In this document: piece after piece, positions 40,894 to 42,614 of the stretch
How positions within the stretch are numbered: position 1 is the stretch's first letter
Layout of the letters: each line of letters starts with the position of its first letter
Made by a program: the position numbers and the translations under genes
The notes under the pieces: generated by a model
The model's database searches: none
Told to the model about the DNA's origin: nothing
What the model saw: the letters and a program-made list of their open reading frames with translations, nothing else
Virus record (IMG/VR): IMGVR_UViG_3300025339_000007
Coordinates: 1 to 42,614 of that record
Reading direction: 5' to 3' (one strand)
Length of the DNA stretch: 42,614 nucleotides
Source: a virus
Taxonomy: Duplodnaviria > Caudoviricetes

Positions 40894-41141
40894 GTCAGTC
40901 GGCAGTTAAGTTCATCCTTGAGCCGCTGGTTCTGCTCTTTGAGTTCTTGATAGCCCCTATCATTGGCTAGACAAGCGTGGTATCCAGCCTGAAAGGCCAT
41001 GCTCATGTATTCACGATGTCCATCTGCTGTGCCATGATTGCGGCTATAGGTTCGAATTCCATAGGTATCGAACCATTCATTAAAGAAGTCTGTGGAGCTA
41101 GTCATATTCTTCGGGTGATTCATCATGCCAAGGGATTTCAT
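40890..41141 (-). CDS. hypothetical protein
   Basis: FNEWF...AFQAGY motif common in small phage proteins; start uncertain. Confidence 0.55.
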   Translation of the reverse strand: MKSLGMMNHPKNMTSSTDFFNEWFDTYGIRTYSRNHGTADGHREYMSMAFQAGYHACLANDRGYQELKEQNQRLKDELNCRLT

Positions 41142-41152
41142 CGTCTTCGTTA

Positions 41153-41416
41153 TCAGGAAGGTTGCTTGGAAAATAAATCATAGATTTGAGAAATAATCTC
41201 TCCTGTTTCATTAACAGATTCTTCTGATAGGTCAGGTAAGCGAGCATGGATCGTTTCATGCGCCAGCACAGACAAGAGACTGCGAGAGCGTCGATTATTG
41301 ATGGTGATCCTGCGTTTGTTGTAGTCGCATAGCCCATCGGCGTTTCGTGGTGATCCATAGCCTACTTGCCATTTTTCACCATTTATCTCAATTTGTCCAA
41401 GTGATTTAAATTTCAT
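41153..41416 (-). CDS. small HExxH metallopeptidase-like protein
   Basis: GLCDY..R.I.I...LAHETIHA..PDL.EE.V. Confidence 0.7.
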   Translation of the reverse strand: MKFKSLGQIEINGEKWQVGYGSPRNADGLCDYNKRRITINNRRSRSLLSVLAHETIHARLPDLSEESVNETGEIISQIYDLFSKQPS

Positions 41417-41487
41417 CGCGGTTTAAACATTTCTGTGATTATCCAAAGTGCTACCACAGCAAGAATCAAAATAACAAAATAGTTCAT
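41413..41487 (-). CDS. 24-aa single-TM peptide
   Basis: MNYFVILILAVVALWIITEMFKPR; ATGA overlaps at both ends. Confidence 0.55.
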   Translation of the reverse strand: MNYFVILILAVVALWIITEMFKPR

Positions 41488-41690
41488 TTCTTTGCAGTCA
41501 CAATCATGTTTTTTCGTTCTACCATGTAACCCTTGTCTTCAAGGACAACACGATATTCAATCCCACCAGCCTTCATGTCTTCGATAACCCTATTCATCCA
41601 CACCATTTCTTGCGGAAGAAGCGGATTATACAATCCAGCAAGGGGATGGAAATCAAAATTGATAATACATTCGTTTGATTCTTTTTTCAT
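41484..41690 (-). CDS. hypothetical protein
   Basis: 68 aa, coupled to its neighbours. Confidence 0.55.
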   Translation of the reverse strand: MKKESNECIINFDFHPLAGLYNPLLPQEMVWMNRVIEDMKAGGIEYRVVLEDKGYMVERKNMIVTAKK

Positions 41691-41926
41691 TTAATGGCTT
41701 TGTAGTGAATAGTTGGGTAGATTTTTCCTGACGGGGTTTGAATTCGGAACTTCTTCATTTCCATAATTCCTGAATTTAAAAAATCAGACAATCTTTTATT
41801 AGCTTGTGAAGTTTCAATTTTCCATATTTGCTGCCATTGCGCTCTGGTCTTAAATCCTGGCTCAACCTTTTCGCAATTTCTTTTATTGTATTTTGCAATA
41901 ACCTCTGCGTAATTATTAATGTTCAT
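41687..41926 (-). CDS. small putative DNA-binding protein
   Basis: P.GFKT..QW...W...G.ME.KKFRI...HY; ATGA-coupled to the phosphoesterase. Confidence 0.6.
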   Translation of the reverse strand: MNINNYAEVIAKYNKRNCEKVEPGFKTRAQWQQIWKIETSQANKRLSDFLNSGIMEMKKFRIQTPSGKIYPTIHYKAIK

Positions 41927-42614
41927 AGCGGCAACCTCCATTCTTGTTGGGACTCGTTACGAGTCAGGAGCCAGACCGCGGAGTATTTAGGACCGATCTC
42001 TCCATAGACGATTCCTTGTCTCCATCCAAGGGTTGCTCGCCGTGCCTTTGCATAATCCATTTCACCTCGGCGCGTAAGCGTCCCCACGCAATATCCTGTG
42101 CTTTCCTTGATCGTGCGTCCTTCTCCAATCTGCGCTCGATGAGTGTGAGCAAAGATGACATTGCCGCCATACATCTCTGCCATATCTCTTGCACTATTTT
42201 CATTGTAAATCGTGCCGTGAGTGAAGGTCACATTACCGATAACAAGCCTTTGAAAAACGCCATCATACGGAATGCGGCGGCAACCAATCTTGACGAAAGC
42301 CTCGTCAATAAATTTGGTGGCTTGCTGAGCGGCATAGCTAATGAGCGCGTTGCGGTGATTGAGTAATCGGGGGATGCGGTTTTCATGGTTTCCATCCAAG
42401 ACATGAGTTGGCCGAAGTTCTTTAAGGAACGCAATTCCTCCATCAATGTCAGGGGCAACTGGCTCCGACTCGTCGCTAGTTCCAGCCGCACCAGAGCGAA
42501 ATGCTGTGGTGTCGCACCAGTCTCCCAGATGCACGACAAGGCTGGGTTTCCATTTTTCACACATAGCGAGAACTGCGGCCTTAGCAGTTTTGTCGATGTA
42601 TTTGCCGTGGGAAC
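41923..42614 (-). CDS. calcineurin-like metallophosphoesterase (5' end beyond the window edge)
   Basis: SHG, HLGDWCD, GNHE, THG, AHTHR motifs; frame stays open to position 42614. Confidence 0.88.
   Translation of the reverse strand, partial: SHGKYIDKTAKAAVLAMCEKWKPSLVVHLGDWCDTTAFRSGAAGTSDESEPVAPDIDGGIAFLKELRPTHVLDGNHENRIPRLLNHRNALISYAAQQATKFIDEAFVKIGCRRIPYDGVFQRLVIGNVTFTHGTIYNENSARDMAEMYGGNVIFAHTHRAQIGEGRTIKESTGYCVGTLTRRGEMDYAKARRATLGWRQGIVYGEIGPKYSAVWLLTRNESQQEWRLPL

Overview
The window appears to be an essentially complete, circularly permuted ~42.6 kb lytic tailed-phage genome with podovirus-like internal virion proteins. Almost all genes are on the minus strand, apart from a short plus-strand early cassette at ~23.8-25.3 kb. 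Sigma70-type TTGAC promoters and A-rich, Shine-Dalgarno-free leaders suggest a PVC/Verrucomicrobia-like host (inference). Recognisable modules are portal, scaffold, TerL, a distant TerS-like gene, major capsid protein, adaptor, large internal proteins, collagen-like and LamG fibres, DnaB helicase, SSB, PD-(D/E)XK exonuclease, RNA ligase, two HNH endonucleases and a metallophosphoesterase. I recognised no integrase, DNA polymerase/primase, tRNA or lysis cassette. Most notable: (i) a dispersed modification toolkit (three glycosyltransferase-like genes, an FkbM methyltransferase, a divergent PurD-like ATP-grasp ligase) embedded in virion operons alongside a Gly-X-Thr collagen fibre; (ii) a promoter-driven, highly structured ~300-nt non-coding RNA candidate beside an AT-rich stretch and the TerS-like gene; (iii) an RNA ligase gene bracketed by exact 17-nt direct repeats; (iv) a tail gene split by one in-frame TAA. 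All calls come from reading motifs by eye; no database searches were run.
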